Shown here one piece after another: positions 37,537 to 47,524 of a stretch of DNA of 64,000 nucleotides. The position numbers and the translations under genes are program-made. The stretch is taken from the NCBI GenBank assembly GCA_964398295.1, contig CAYNMW010000001.1, forward strand, positions 13,490 to 77,489, written 5' to 3'. This DNA is from an uncultured Saprospiraceae bacterium. Its GTDB lineage: Bacteria; Bacteroidota; Bacteroidia; Chitinophagales; Saprospiraceae. Every line of letters begins with the position of its first letter. The stretch's first letter is position 1. The notes beneath the pieces were generated by a model. It had not been told where the DNA came from. It searched no databases and worked only from the letters and a program-made list of their open reading frames with translations.

Positions 37537-37929
37537 ATGGATACATTCAATCAAAAGATCACCCATCCAGGATTGACTAAAGGTGCTCAAACTTCAAATG
37601 ACTTACGTATTTCAGCAATCACGGCTTTTAATAGCCAGAAATACGAAGACGCAATTCAAGCATTTAGTGAAATAGAAAACGCTACCAATGAAGATGTGTA
37701 CTATAAAGCAATGAGTTCTTTTTATCTGGAAGATTTTCAAAAAGCCAACCAAGAATTACAAACTTTATTGAATGTAGAATCTCCATTTTATCAAGAAGTT
37801 AGATGGTTTCTTGCCATTACTGAAGTTAAACTTGATGATCTGAGTGCGGCCAAATTACTGCTAAATGACATTGACATAAATGAGTGGAATTATACCAAAA
37901 GTCAAGAATTATTGAAGTCAATGAAATAA
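37537..37929 (+). CDS. TPR-like repeat protein, possibly the C-terminal remnant of a disrupted gene
   Basis: 130 aa of helical repeat character (YEDAIQAFSEI..., FQKANQELQTLL...) with no signal or TM segment. A TM-like segment is encoded in another frame immediately upstream (37439-37498). Confidence 0.45.
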   Translation: MDTFNQKITHPGLTKGAQTSNDLRISAITAFNSQKYEDAIQAFSEIENATNEDVYYKAMSSFYLEDFQKANQELQTLLNVESPFYQEVRWFLAITEVKLDDLSAAKLLLNDIDINEWNYTKSQELLKSMK

Positions 37930-38007
37930 CTCAATATGGAGTTATTTCTTGGTTGAGTAAATTTGCCTAACGGATGACAGGTTGGCGACCAAAGGGAGCC
38001 GCTTTTG

Positions 38008-39111
38008 TTAATCCTCAAAGATGATCTTCACATTCTCTGTAACAGGATGCGCTTGACAGGCAAGTATATAACCAGCCTCTACTTCATCGTCATCCAATGC
38101 ATAGCATGCATCCATTTCTACTTTCCCTGAAACGACCTTGGCCATACAAGTCGAGCATGCTCCACTTGTACAGGAGAATGGTGCATCCTTTTTATTCTCA
38201 AGTAAGACGTCCAAGACTGTTTTTGACGGAGGAACATCAATGGTAAATTCTTCTCCTTTTAATACGATAGCAACTGTCCCAGTACCAGCCCCTGCTGTTG
38301 CAGTTACTGTAGCTGCTTTCTCTGTTTCATCTGTAGGCGATCCAAAGTATTCTACTTTAATCTGATCTTTTTGCACACCATGACCAAGTAACGCTGCCTG
38401 GACAACATCCATCATAATCGTGGGTCCGCAAATCATGTAGACTTGTTGATTCCCTTTGGAAGGATTTTCTGTTAGGAACTCGCCAATGTTTTGCTGGTTA
38501 GGTAGACCTTTCCACCCCAGCCAGCTCATTTTTGACTTTGAGAAAAAGCCAGATTTAGTTTTTATGGGATCACTGAGCAAATGTCTCACGGTAAGTTGTC
38601 CAGCATATTTGCTTTCAAGCCTTTCCAATTCTTTGTGGAAAATTATGTTTTGCTCATCTTGGTTGCCATAAAATAGATGAACACTACTTTTTGGCTCTTC
38701 TTCCAGTATGGTTTTGATCAAGGACATCATTGGAGTTATGCCACTACCACCTGCAAACAGATAATAATCATTCATAAAAGCATGATCATTATCTAAAGTG
38801 AAAGTGCCTTGCGGAACCATCACCTCAATCTCTTGACCTACACTTAAGTTATCATTCATGTGATTAGAAATCACGCCATTTTTGACTCGCTTTGACGTCA
38901 CACCAAGTTTGCCCTCTAATGGACTCGTGTATATGGAATAGGCTCTTCTATACTCCTCTCCGTTTTTGTCAAACTTCAGGGTTAGATATTGACCTGCTTT
39001 AAATGTATAGTTCGCTTCAAGGTCTTGTGGAACATCAAAGATAACAGATATACTCTCCTCTGTTTCTTTGACCAATTCCTTAATCTTTAGTGTATGAAAA
39101 TCCGTACTCAT
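38008..39111 (-). CDS. Ferredoxin-NADP reductase-type oxidoreductase with a C-terminal plant-type 2Fe-2S domain (PaaE-like)
   Basis: 367 aa with FAD motif RAYSIYTSP, NAD motif GGSGITPMMS and 2Fe-2S cysteines CTSGACSTCMAKV...C. Confidence 0.85.
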   Translation of the reverse strand: MSTDFHTLKIKELVKETEESISVIFDVPQDLEANYTFKAGQYLTLKFDKNGEEYRRAYSIYTSPLEGKLGVTSKRVKNGVISNHMNDNLSVGQEIEVMVPQGTFTLDNDHAFMNDYYLFAGGSGITPMMSLIKTILEEEPKSSVHLFYGNQDEQNIIFHKELERLESKYAGQLTVRHLLSDPIKTKSGFFSKSKMSWLGWKGLPNQQNIGEFLTENPSKGNQQVYMICGPTIMMDVVQAALLGHGVQKDQIKVEYFGSPTDETEKAATVTATAGAGTGTVAIVLKGEEFTIDVPPSKTVLDVLLENKKDAPFSCTSGACSTCMAKVVSGKVEMDACYALDDDEVEAGYILACQAHPVTENVKIIFED

Positions 39112-39199
39112 CTTGAATCTATTTAACCAAAAAGACTACAAAAGTATGATTGTTTTGTTTAGTAGAAATTTAAAATGGAAAATTTATTTGAGAAATTGC

Positions 39200-39817
39200 T
39201 CAAATGGCTTGATAGATGAGATAAAATCCAAACGAGAGAAGACCAATTCCAGCTACTTGACTAAACCGTTGTATGTGAATCGCTTTCAATTTAGTGCGAA
39301 TGGATTTTGCCAAAACCACTTTCAAAATATCTGAAGCGATGATCATGAACAGTATGGAGCTCAGAAAGATAATAGCTTCTGTATTATTGATTTTTCGACC
39401 GATGATATAAGTAGAAATAGTACTCAGCCAAAACAGAAATGTGAATGGATTGATGGTATTGACAAGAAATCCTTTCAACCAAAAACCTAGGTAATCCTTG
39501 TATTCATGTTTTTTCTGATGTAAATCGAGTTCTACTCGTTTAATGATCGAACCCAATCCAAAAAATATCATTACAATACCTCCGGCCATACCCATCCAAA
39601 ACTGAAAAGATTCACTTTCTATGGTTGTACTCAATTTTTTGATGAATAAAAACGTAAGAAATACAATCAGAAAATCGCTGATCCATACACCTAACCCCAC
39701 TGTCATACCAGCCTTACCTCCTTTCTCAACAGCAGTTTGAGTGAGTGCGATGAAGATCGGTCCAAGCGAAACAGAAAGGAAGAGTCCAAAAAGTAAGCCT
39801 TCAATGATAAATTGCAT
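39200..39817 (-). CDS. LysE/RhtB family amino-acid exporter
   Basis: 205 aa with six hydrophobic helices. The N-terminus GLLFGLFLSVSLGPIFIALTQTAVEKG is typical of LysE-type translocators. Confidence 0.75.
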   Translation of the reverse strand: MQFIIEGLLFGLFLSVSLGPIFIALTQTAVEKGGKAGMTVGLGVWISDFLIVFLTFLFIKKLSTTIESESFQFWMGMAGGIVMIFFGLGSIIKRVELDLHQKKHEYKDYLGFWLKGFLVNTINPFTFLFWLSTISTYIIGRKINNTEAIIFLSSILFMIIASDILKVVLAKSIRTKLKAIHIQRFSQVAGIGLLSFGFYLIYQAI

Positions 39818-39894
39818 GCAACAGTATTGGCAACAAGTTAAGGAAGTCTAACTGAATGAAGTGTATTAATCGATCAACAGTATGACATTAGACA

Positions 39895-41715
39895 TTAATG
39901 ATCAAATTTTTGATCTAGTTCATTATGCGAAATGGTTATAAAACATTTTCTTCCTCCTGGAGCTTTATAAGGCATTTCGCAGGCAAAAAGTTGATCAATA
40001 AGTCCTTGCATCTCATCAGCTAATAAATTGGTCCCTCTTTTCACAGCTTCACTTCGAGCCATAGCCTGACATAGCTTATGTTCTATTGTTTGCGAATCGG
40101 AGGTGTCGCTTACAAAATGATCCAAGAATTGCATAATCAATTGTTCGGGATTCAGCTGTGGATCAAGGTGTGCTGGGATGCCTCTGATGACATAGGTCTG
40201 TTGGCCAAACTCGCTGACATCAAATCCTATATTTTGTAATTTTGGCAATATTGATTTTAGCAATTCTCCTTGTCGAATATCCAACTCTATAGAGATGGGG
40301 AACAACAACTGTTGGGTTGCTGATTGAGAAGTTTGGATTGTTGCCAGTAGTCTCTCATAGATGACACGTTCATGCGCTGATTGTTGATCTATAATGATCA
40401 GACCACTTTTTATTTGGGAAACGATGAATCGTTTGTCTACTTGTAAGGGGGCTTTTTGTTGAATTTCATGCTCCAAACTTTCTTGCCCTTCAGTACTGTT
40501 GATCTTACTGGCTAGTATAACTGCGTCTTTTTGCTTGGCACCTACAGGGCTCATCAATTCTTCAAATTCAGAATTCCATGCATTGATTTCTGACTTGTTG
40601 GCACGTTGAGCTTTTTCATATTCTGAATGCCCACCAACAAATTGCTTTATGGACCCACCTGACTGCAGCGGTTGCTGGGCAAGATTAAAGTTGACATTAT
40701 GGTCAAAATCCAGAACTGGTGTAATGCTGTATTTGCCTAATGCATGTCTTACAGACACTTTAATGTAGTTGTAAATCAAACGTTCATTTTCAAATTTCAC
40801 TTCTTGTTTTGTTGGATGTACATTGATGTCTACATCTTCAGGATTTATCTCAATAAATAAAACAAAGAATGGATAAGCCTTATCTGGTAATAACTGTTCG
40901 AATGCAAATCGAACCGCATGTGATAAGTAAGGGCTTTTTATGAATCTGTTGTTCACAAAAAAGAACTGATTGCCTTTTGATTTTTTTGAAAATTCTGGTT
41001 TACCAATAAACCCATTCACTTGAATGATGTCAGTGGTTTCTTCGACTGGAATCAATTTATCATTAATGGATTTATTAAATAAACCCAATATTCGTTGACG
41101 CAGAGAACCAGTTTCGAGTTGGTAAAGATTATTTTCATTGTGAAAACAGGAGAACCCAATATCTGGATGGGCCAGAGCTACTTTTACAAATTCATCAAGG
41201 ATATGTCTTAATTCTACTGGATCTGATTTTAAAAACTTTCTACGGGCAGGTACATTAAAAAACAATTGTTTGACGCTGAAATTTGATCCAGTAGACATCG
41301 AACATGGTTCTAGTTTGACCACTTCAGAATTCTCTATTTTCATCAAAACTCCCAAACTTGATTCAGCAGTCCTTGTTTTCAACTCAACTTTTGCAACGGC
41401 AGCAATAGATGCAAGTGCCTCACCTCTAAACCCTTTTGTTTGAATCTTAAACAGATCCTCTGTCTTCCGAATTTTGCTTGTTGCATGCCGTTCAAAAGCC
41501 ATGCGAGCATCCGTCTCTGTCATACCAGAACCATCGTCGATAACCTGGATCAATGTTTTTCCAGAATCTTTTATGATGAGTTTTATGAAACGAGCACCTG
41601 CGTCTACAGCATTTTCCAATAATTCTTTGACTACAGATGACGGACGTTGGATAACTTCTCCTGCGGCAATTTGATTGGCAAGTGCATCTGGTAACAACTG
41701 AATGATGTCCGGCAT
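39895..41715 (-). CDS. mutL: DNA mismatch repair protein MutL
   Basis: 606 aa beginning IQLLPDALANQIAAGEVIQRPSSVVKELLENAVDAG, with GFRGEALASI. A C-terminal dimerisation domain is present. Confidence 0.97.
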   Translation of the reverse strand: MPDIIQLLPDALANQIAAGEVIQRPSSVVKELLENAVDAGARFIKLIIKDSGKTLIQVIDDGSGMTETDARMAFERHATSKIRKTEDLFKIQTKGFRGEALASIAAVAKVELKTRTAESSLGVLMKIENSEVVKLEPCSMSTGSNFSVKQLFFNVPARRKFLKSDPVELRHILDEFVKVALAHPDIGFSCFHNENNLYQLETGSLRQRILGLFNKSINDKLIPVEETTDIIQVNGFIGKPEFSKKSKGNQFFFVNNRFIKSPYLSHAVRFAFEQLLPDKAYPFFVLFIEINPEDVDINVHPTKQEVKFENERLIYNYIKVSVRHALGKYSITPVLDFDHNVNFNLAQQPLQSGGSIKQFVGGHSEYEKAQRANKSEINAWNSEFEELMSPVGAKQKDAVILASKINSTEGQESLEHEIQQKAPLQVDKRFIVSQIKSGLIIIDQQSAHERVIYERLLATIQTSQSATQQLLFPISIELDIRQGELLKSILPKLQNIGFDVSEFGQQTYVIRGIPAHLDPQLNPEQLIMQFLDHFVSDTSDSQTIEHKLCQAMARSEAVKRGTNLLADEMQGLIDQLFACEMPYKAPGGRKCFITISHNELDQKFDH

Positions 41716-41720
41716 ATAAA

Positions 41721-42050
41721 TTATTCAAACGCTTCCAAAAATGAAGGAAGGTATTCTAATAAAAAGTAAAGTGTCAATAAAAGTAATGCCATCAGCACAA
41801 CCATCACAATTCTATTTGAACGTCTTAGTGATTTCTTGTACAGTTCGCTATCATAACTATTGCCAATGGGTTTTTTAAAACTGCCTCTGATTCTGGCTTT
41901 GATGGCTTCAGGATCAGTGGGAGTAGATTCGCCATCTTTGCGGTATGGAGCCATTCTACGTTCCAAATCCTCCTTGTCAGGATCATAGTACCTCGGCGTA
42001 TAATCGAAGTTTCTGTGTTTTGGTCGTTTGCCCATTCCAAATAATGACAT
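41721..42050 (-). CDS. Small conserved-looking membrane protein, function unknown
   Basis: 109 aa with a basic N-terminal half and one C-terminal TM helix (IVMVVLMALLLLTLYFLL). It ends 5 nt upstream of the mutL start. Confidence 0.5.
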   Translation of the reverse strand: MSLFGMGKRPKHRNFDYTPRYYDPDKEDLERRMAPYRKDGESTPTDPEAIKARIRGSFKKPIGNSYDSELYKKSLRRSNRIVMVVLMALLLLTLYFLLEYLPSFLEAFE

Positions 42051-42208
42051 GTCTCAAAAGTAAAACATAGTTCTCTAGCTTGTCAAGCCTTAGCCAAATA
42101 GAATTCCACCAGTTTTCAACACCACTCAAAATGACGAAAACTCAGTTAATGAATGCTTAAAACAGCTATTTTATAGTCACAATCGTAAGAAAAGGAGTTA
42201 TTTGTAGT

Positions 42209-43468
42209 ATGAGGAATCTAGTTCTTTTCATCTTATGTTGTCTTGGAGCACCACTATTGGCCCAAGATGATTTTCGTTTTGAAGATGATGTGTACTTAGA
42301 CTACATTAAAAGTGTCAAATTTCACCATTCGGGATTGTTTACATCTCTACCTTTGATTGATCTTAATTCCAATGGAAGATTGATATTGACCTTTGATGAC
42401 CTAACAGGTGTGGACAAAGATTATACCTACGAAATTATCCATTGCGATCGAAATTGGAAAAGATCAGATCTTGATGAATATGATTTTATCAATGGATTCA
42501 ACAATGAAGAAATACAAGAGGTCAGCTATTCAATAGGGACAACTGTCGACTACACAAATTATACATTAACATTGCCTAATGACGATATAGAATGGACAAT
42601 ATCTGGCAACTATCTTCTTGTTGTATATGAAGATGAATATGATAAAATTCCAGCAATAACCAGGCGTTTCATGGTAGCAGAACAGTTGGTTGTAGTTGAA
42701 ACACAAGTAGAACAGTCCTTAAATGCTCAGCGATTTAGAACTCATCATGCAATAGACATAACGGTAAATAACGATAACTTTCGAATTACGAATGTGATGA
42801 GTGAGCTACAGCTTACTATATTGCAAAATCACAGATGGGATACTGCTATTACAGGTATTAAACCAAGGTTTTTCCGTGGAGACAACATCCTATTCAATCA
42901 TGTTGGAGAGAATGAGTTTGCAGCCGGCAAAGAATTTAGAATTGTTGATCTGAGAAGTTCCCTTTCAAGAGGTGAAGGCGTGCATGCTTTAGAACGGCTC
43001 AGAAGCAGAATTGATGTGTTAGTACAATTAGATAGAAATCGCTCTTGGAGTGGGTATCATTTTTACAATGATATTAATGGCCAGTTTGTATTGGAAAATA
43101 ATGATCGAGCTAATGCAACAATGCAATCTGAGTATATGAATGTGTTTTTTAATATCCAGCTGGAAAGACCATTGCTTGATGGAGAAATTTACATTGTCGG
43201 GGCTTTTTGTGATTGGAAATTGAAAGAATTTAACAAATTGGAATACGATTCTTATAGAGATTTATATTCTGTCAATTTACCATTGAAGCAAGGTTTTTAT
43301 GACTATGTATATGCAGTCAAAAGAGGTGATGATGTTGACTACTCCATACTCGAAGGAGATTGGTTTGAAACAGAAAATGAGTATACAATTCTAGCATATT
43401 ATTCAGAATTAGGGTCTCGTCATGATAGAATAATAGGTGTGTCAAATTTGAATACAGCGAGGAATTAA
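42209..43468 (+). CDS. DUF5103-like protein (T9SS plug-protein family, tentative)
   Basis: 419 aa with signal peptide MRNLVLFILCCLGAPLLAQ. The segment IKSVKFHH...LILTFDDL...YTYEIIHCDRNWKRSDL...SGNYLLVVYEDE matches my recollection of DUF5103. Confidence 0.5.
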   Translation: MRNLVLFILCCLGAPLLAQDDFRFEDDVYLDYIKSVKFHHSGLFTSLPLIDLNSNGRLILTFDDLTGVDKDYTYEIIHCDRNWKRSDLDEYDFINGFNNEEIQEVSYSIGTTVDYTNYTLTLPNDDIEWTISGNYLLVVYEDEYDKIPAITRRFMVAEQLVVVETQVEQSLNAQRFRTHHAIDITVNNDNFRITNVMSELQLTILQNHRWDTAITGIKPRFFRGDNILFNHVGENEFAAGKEFRIVDLRSSLSRGEGVHALERLRSRIDVLVQLDRNRSWSGYHFYNDINGQFVLENNDRANATMQSEYMNVFFNIQLERPLLDGEIYIVGAFCDWKLKEFNKLEYDSYRDLYSVNLPLKQGFYDYVYAVKRGDDVDYSILEGDWFETENEYTILAYYSELGSRHDRIIGVSNLNTARN

Positions 43469-43713
43469 AAGCAATAAGCTTTTGAGTAGCTAGAAGTTTG
43501 TCGAGGTCCTATCATTCCAAAATGGCTGACTTCAATTAAAATTTTTTAAGCATCAATCAACAATAACTCGTCCATACCTGCAACTAATCTTATGAGATCT
43601 GCGTCTATAAACATATAATGGTGACCTCTTTATCGAGTTCTACACTATATTCATAGATTAAACACTTGCGGTTGAATGACTTTATTTAACATTGCAGGGT
43701 AAAACAGACACGC

Positions 43714-45132
43714 ATGCGAAAATTAGTAACTGTTCTTTTAATATTTGGCTCGCTCATTGCAAATGCGCAGGAAACCTGGGATTTGGAGCAATGCATTAAA
43801 TATGCCTGGACCAATTCTCTAAACTTAATCCAGACACAGCAATCAGAACAAATTGAATCCATCAATCAATTGGAGGCACAACATGCCAAATATCCAAATA
43901 TAAATGGTTCAGGTTCATTGCAATGGAATTTTGGTCGATCTCTTGACCCTGTGACTGATGCCTTTACCACGAGCACATTTTTTTCGAACAATTTTGGAAT
44001 CAATGCTGGAGTTCCAATTTTTAGAGGCTTTCAAATCAGAAATACCTTAAAACAAGCTGGTTTCAACTTGGATGCTGCTAAAAAGGATACAGACCAGTTG
44101 AGGCGTGACATTGCTTTGAATGTAGCCAGTGCATATTTAACAGCGTTGTTTGCTAAAGAAAGACAGAATACTGCTCAGTTTGCTCTTGATCTTAGCAATG
44201 AACAACTAAGTCAAATTGACAAGCTTATTGCAGCAGGTTCCAGACCTCGCAACGAACGTTTGGATTTATTGGCTCAGATTGCGACAAACGAACAGGCGTT
44301 GATCAATAATGACAATGATTACACAATCGCCTTGTTGAATCTTAAGCAGTTGATGAATTATAATGTAGAGACCGAGATAGAGCTGGTCGTGCCAGACGAA
44401 AATGCAGTTACATTATTTAGTGATCCTGAATTATTAACATTTGCCGATGTATACAAAAAGGCCACAGAAAATCAACCCAATATAGAAGCTGGCAAATTGA
44501 GAATGCTAAGTGCAGAAACAGGAATTGATATTGCCAAAGGAGGCTTGTATCCATCAATAACTGCTGGAGGTAGCATTTTCACCAATTTTTCTAACCAAGG
44601 ATTACGTATAGATGGATTTGAAGAAGTAGTAAACGAAACTTCCGTCATTTTTAATGGTCAGGATGCAGTTGTTGGTTTTCCATCTGTAAATCCAATCACT
44701 TCGGACAACCCTTACTTTAACCAATTAGACGAGAATATTGCCTATGGTTTTGGATTTAGTCTCAATGTTCCTATATACAATAATTACAGAACCAAAGCAT
44801 CCATTGAACGTGCTAAGTTAAATGTGGAAGCAACTAGGACACAGAATGAATTGCTAGAACAGCGCTTAAAGACTTCTGTCCAACAAGCCTTATCAGATGC
44901 CCAAACAGCAAAGAAAGCATATGAAGCTTCTCAAAAAAGTGTAGAAGCGCAAAAAGCTGCATTTGAAAATGCTGAAAAGAGGTTCGAATTGGGTGCAATT
45001 AACACCTATGACTATATTCTTGCCAAAAATCAATACGATAATTCTACTGTAAATGCCATCATTGCCAAATACGATTATATATTTAGGACTAAAATATTAG
45101 ACTTCTACATCGGCAGACCATTAACTTTGTAG
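43714..45132 (+). CDS. TolC-family outer-membrane efflux protein
   Basis: 472 aa with a signal peptide. It has two OEP repeats with typical N-terminal text (WDLEQCIKYAWTNSLNL...). Confidence 0.85.
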   Translation: MRKLVTVLLIFGSLIANAQETWDLEQCIKYAWTNSLNLIQTQQSEQIESINQLEAQHAKYPNINGSGSLQWNFGRSLDPVTDAFTTSTFFSNNFGINAGVPIFRGFQIRNTLKQAGFNLDAAKKDTDQLRRDIALNVASAYLTALFAKERQNTAQFALDLSNEQLSQIDKLIAAGSRPRNERLDLLAQIATNEQALINNDNDYTIALLNLKQLMNYNVETEIELVVPDENAVTLFSDPELLTFADVYKKATENQPNIEAGKLRMLSAETGIDIAKGGLYPSITAGGSIFTNFSNQGLRIDGFEEVVNETSVIFNGQDAVVGFPSVNPITSDNPYFNQLDENIAYGFGFSLNVPIYNNYRTKASIERAKLNVEATRTQNELLEQRLKTSVQQALSDAQTAKKAYEASQKSVEAQKAAFENAEKRFELGAINTYDYILAKNQYDNSTVNAIIAKYDYIFRTKILDFYIGRPLTL

Positions 45133-45147
45133 GAGTTCAACGTAAAC

Positions 45148-46485
45148 ATGACGAAACGTAAGAAAAAGTCAAGGCGCTGGTTACTACTCATTTTGTTGCT
45201 GTTATTTGCAGCTGCAGTGGGTTACATGGCTTATAAAAATAAGACCAAACCGCAAGGGCAAAAAGTAACTACAGAGAATGTATCTAAAAGAACCATCCGC
45301 GAAACAGTATCTGCAAGTGGACGAATTTTCCCTGAAGTAGAAGTGAAAATTAGTTCTGATGTATCTGGTGAAATAGTAGAGCTTCGAATTGAGGAAGGAG
45401 ATTCTGTTGTAACAGGTCAGATTTTAGCAAAGATCGATCCTGAAGCTTATGTCTCAGCGGTAGAAAGAGGAAATGCTTCATTGGATAATATGAAAGCTCA
45501 AGTATCCATTTCGAGGTCTCAACTTCAAAACAATATCGCGCAGAAAGAGCAGATCACTGCAAATCTTGAAAATGCCCAACAAGTCCATCAACGAAATGAA
45601 CAATTAAAAAATGATGGGGTCATTTCCTCTGTAGAATATGAACAATCCTTGTCTAATCTCAGGGCTTTACAAGCCAATCTAAAAGCAGCGCAAGCGGGCA
45701 TAACATCTTCAGAAGAAAGCATCAAAGCTGCCGAGTTTCAAGTAAAAAGTTCGGAGGCTACATTGAAAGAGTTAAGAACAAATCTTAATCGGACGACGAT
45801 TAAAGCTCCGCAGAGCGGAATTGTCAGTAGTTTATCAGTGGAGCAAGGAGAGCGAGTTGTTGGTACCATCCAGATGACGGGAACAGAAATGATGAGAATA
45901 GCGAATCTGAATGCGATGGAAGTCCAGGTAGAAGTGAGTGAAAATGATATCTTGAAAGTTGCTGTTGGAGATGAAGTGGATGTCGAGGTAGATGCCTATA
46001 TAGAGAAAAAATTTAAGGGAGTAGTAACCGAAATTGCAAATAGTGCTGCGAATACGAATACGAATACGGCTAGTTCGAGTTTGAATACAGATCAAGTCAC
46101 CAACTTTATAGTCAAAATACGCATTGATCCAAAGTCATACACTTCAGTGTCTCGCTATCCATTTAGGCCAGGGATGTCAGCTTCTGTAGATATATTTACC
46201 AATCAAGTTACCGAAGTACTGAGCATTCCTATTCAGGCTGTTACTGTTCGAGAGAATGATGACAAAGTGGCTGAGGAAGTTGTTTTCCTATATGAAGCAG
46301 ACACCGCAAGGATGGTCAAAGTTCAGACGGGAATTCAGGATGATGACTTTATAGAAGTACTGGACGGTCTGCTTGATGGGGTAGAGATTGTATCCGGTCC
46401 ATACACAGCAGTCTCCAAGACCATTGAAGAAGGCAACCAATTGCGGCGGTCCAAAGAAGAAAAAGAGAAAGAAGATAAGTCCTGA
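45148..46485 (+). CDS. Efflux periplasmic adaptor subunit (HlyD/MacA type)
   Basis: 445 aa with an N-terminal TM. It has lipoyl/barrel-sandwich motifs (VSGEIVELRIEEGDSVVTGQILAKID; TIKAPQSGIVSSL) and a long coiled-coil hairpin. Confidence 0.85.
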   Translation: MTKRKKKSRRWLLLILLLLFAAAVGYMAYKNKTKPQGQKVTTENVSKRTIRETVSASGRIFPEVEVKISSDVSGEIVELRIEEGDSVVTGQILAKIDPEAYVSAVERGNASLDNMKAQVSISRSQLQNNIAQKEQITANLENAQQVHQRNEQLKNDGVISSVEYEQSLSNLRALQANLKAAQAGITSSEESIKAAEFQVKSSEATLKELRTNLNRTTIKAPQSGIVSSLSVEQGERVVGTIQMTGTEMMRIANLNAMEVQVEVSENDILKVAVGDEVDVEVDAYIEKKFKGVVTEIANSAANTNTNTASSSLNTDQVTNFIVKIRIDPKSYTSVSRYPFRPGMSASVDIFTNQVTEVLSIPIQAVTVRENDDKVAEEVVFLYEADTARMVKVQTGIQDDDFIEVLDGLLDGVEIVSGPYTAVSKTIEEGNQLRRSKEEKEKEDKS

Positions 46486-46490
46486 TTCCA

Positions 46491-47078
46491 TTGTCAAAAG
46501 CAATCATCACATTTGTTAAAAATCCTGTTATAGGAACGGTCAAAACTCGTCTGGCTAAAACCATAGGAGACCAACGCGCTCTAGAAGTTTATTTGGAATT
46601 GTGTAACTACACAAAACGAGTTGTAGGATCTGTTGATGCAGATGTTCATGTATTCTATGCTTCGGAAATAATTGACAATGATATTTGGTCTGGACAATCT
46701 TTTCATAAGAAATTGCAAAAAGGAGATGACCTAGGCGAACGAATGAATCATGCATTTGGCAATCTCCTTGCCGATTATGATAAAGTTGTCATTGTTGGAA
46801 GTGATTGTCCACAGCTAACTAAAAGCCATATCGATACCGCATTCAATTCACTTGATGAAACAGATGTTGTTATTGGACCAACCTTTGATGGTGGCTATTA
46901 TTTATTGGGAATGAAACAGTTACAAGCCTTTTTATTTAACGATATGAAATGGAGTACAGATGAAGTATTTTCTACTTCATTAATAAGAATCTTTGAACAC
47001 CAACGAACACTTACTCAACTACAAAAACTTTCTGATGTAGATGTTGAAGATGATTTGAAATACATGGATTGGTTGTGA
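46491..47078 (+). CDS. DUF2064 / TIGR04282-like glycosyltransferase-fold protein
   Basis: 195 aa (TTG start) with AIITFVKNPVIGTVKTRLAKTIG, VVIVGSDCPQLT and IGPTFDGGYYLLGM. Confidence 0.7.
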   Translation: MSKAIITFVKNPVIGTVKTRLAKTIGDQRALEVYLELCNYTKRVVGSVDADVHVFYASEIIDNDIWSGQSFHKKLQKGDDLGERMNHAFGNLLADYDKVVIVGSDCPQLTKSHIDTAFNSLDETDVVIGPTFDGGYYLLGMKQLQAFLFNDMKWSTDEVFSTSLIRIFEHQRTLTQLQKLSDVDVEDDLKYMDWL

Positions 47079-47524
47079 TTAATGTCACATTTTCTTTCTA
47101 TCGCATCTTAAGTAAAGAAGACAGAGTGAACCAGAATTAAGGCAAGGTTTTTTCTATTGTCATAAATAAGCGTGTTCATTTTAATCTATCGAACGCAATA
47201 GTTAAAATTTTAGATTTATTCTAATAGACCAATTATTCTATTTAGTTTAGAATTACCAAAAGATACCGAAAGGTATCTTGAAATGCATATTTTTTAACCC
47301 AGAATGGTGGTTTCGTGATCAAATCCGAAAGGCCCGTACTTAATGCCTACCAATTACATCACCCCACTTCATTCTACTAAACTGGAAATCTTAAATCTAT
47401 TTGAATTAATAGATTTTGACAGCTTTGAGTTGTATTTTTTTTAGAACATAATCTTGTGAAAGTCAATAGGTGAGTGTCTATTAGAAATCTTCGCAATGTT
47501 AGCTGGTTTACAACAACTAACTTT

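Noticed and set aside
37930-38007. Expected terminator hairpin between the convergent TPR-like and oxidoreductase genes
   Set aside because: Only weak stems of 4-6 bp with long loops are present, with nothing convincing.
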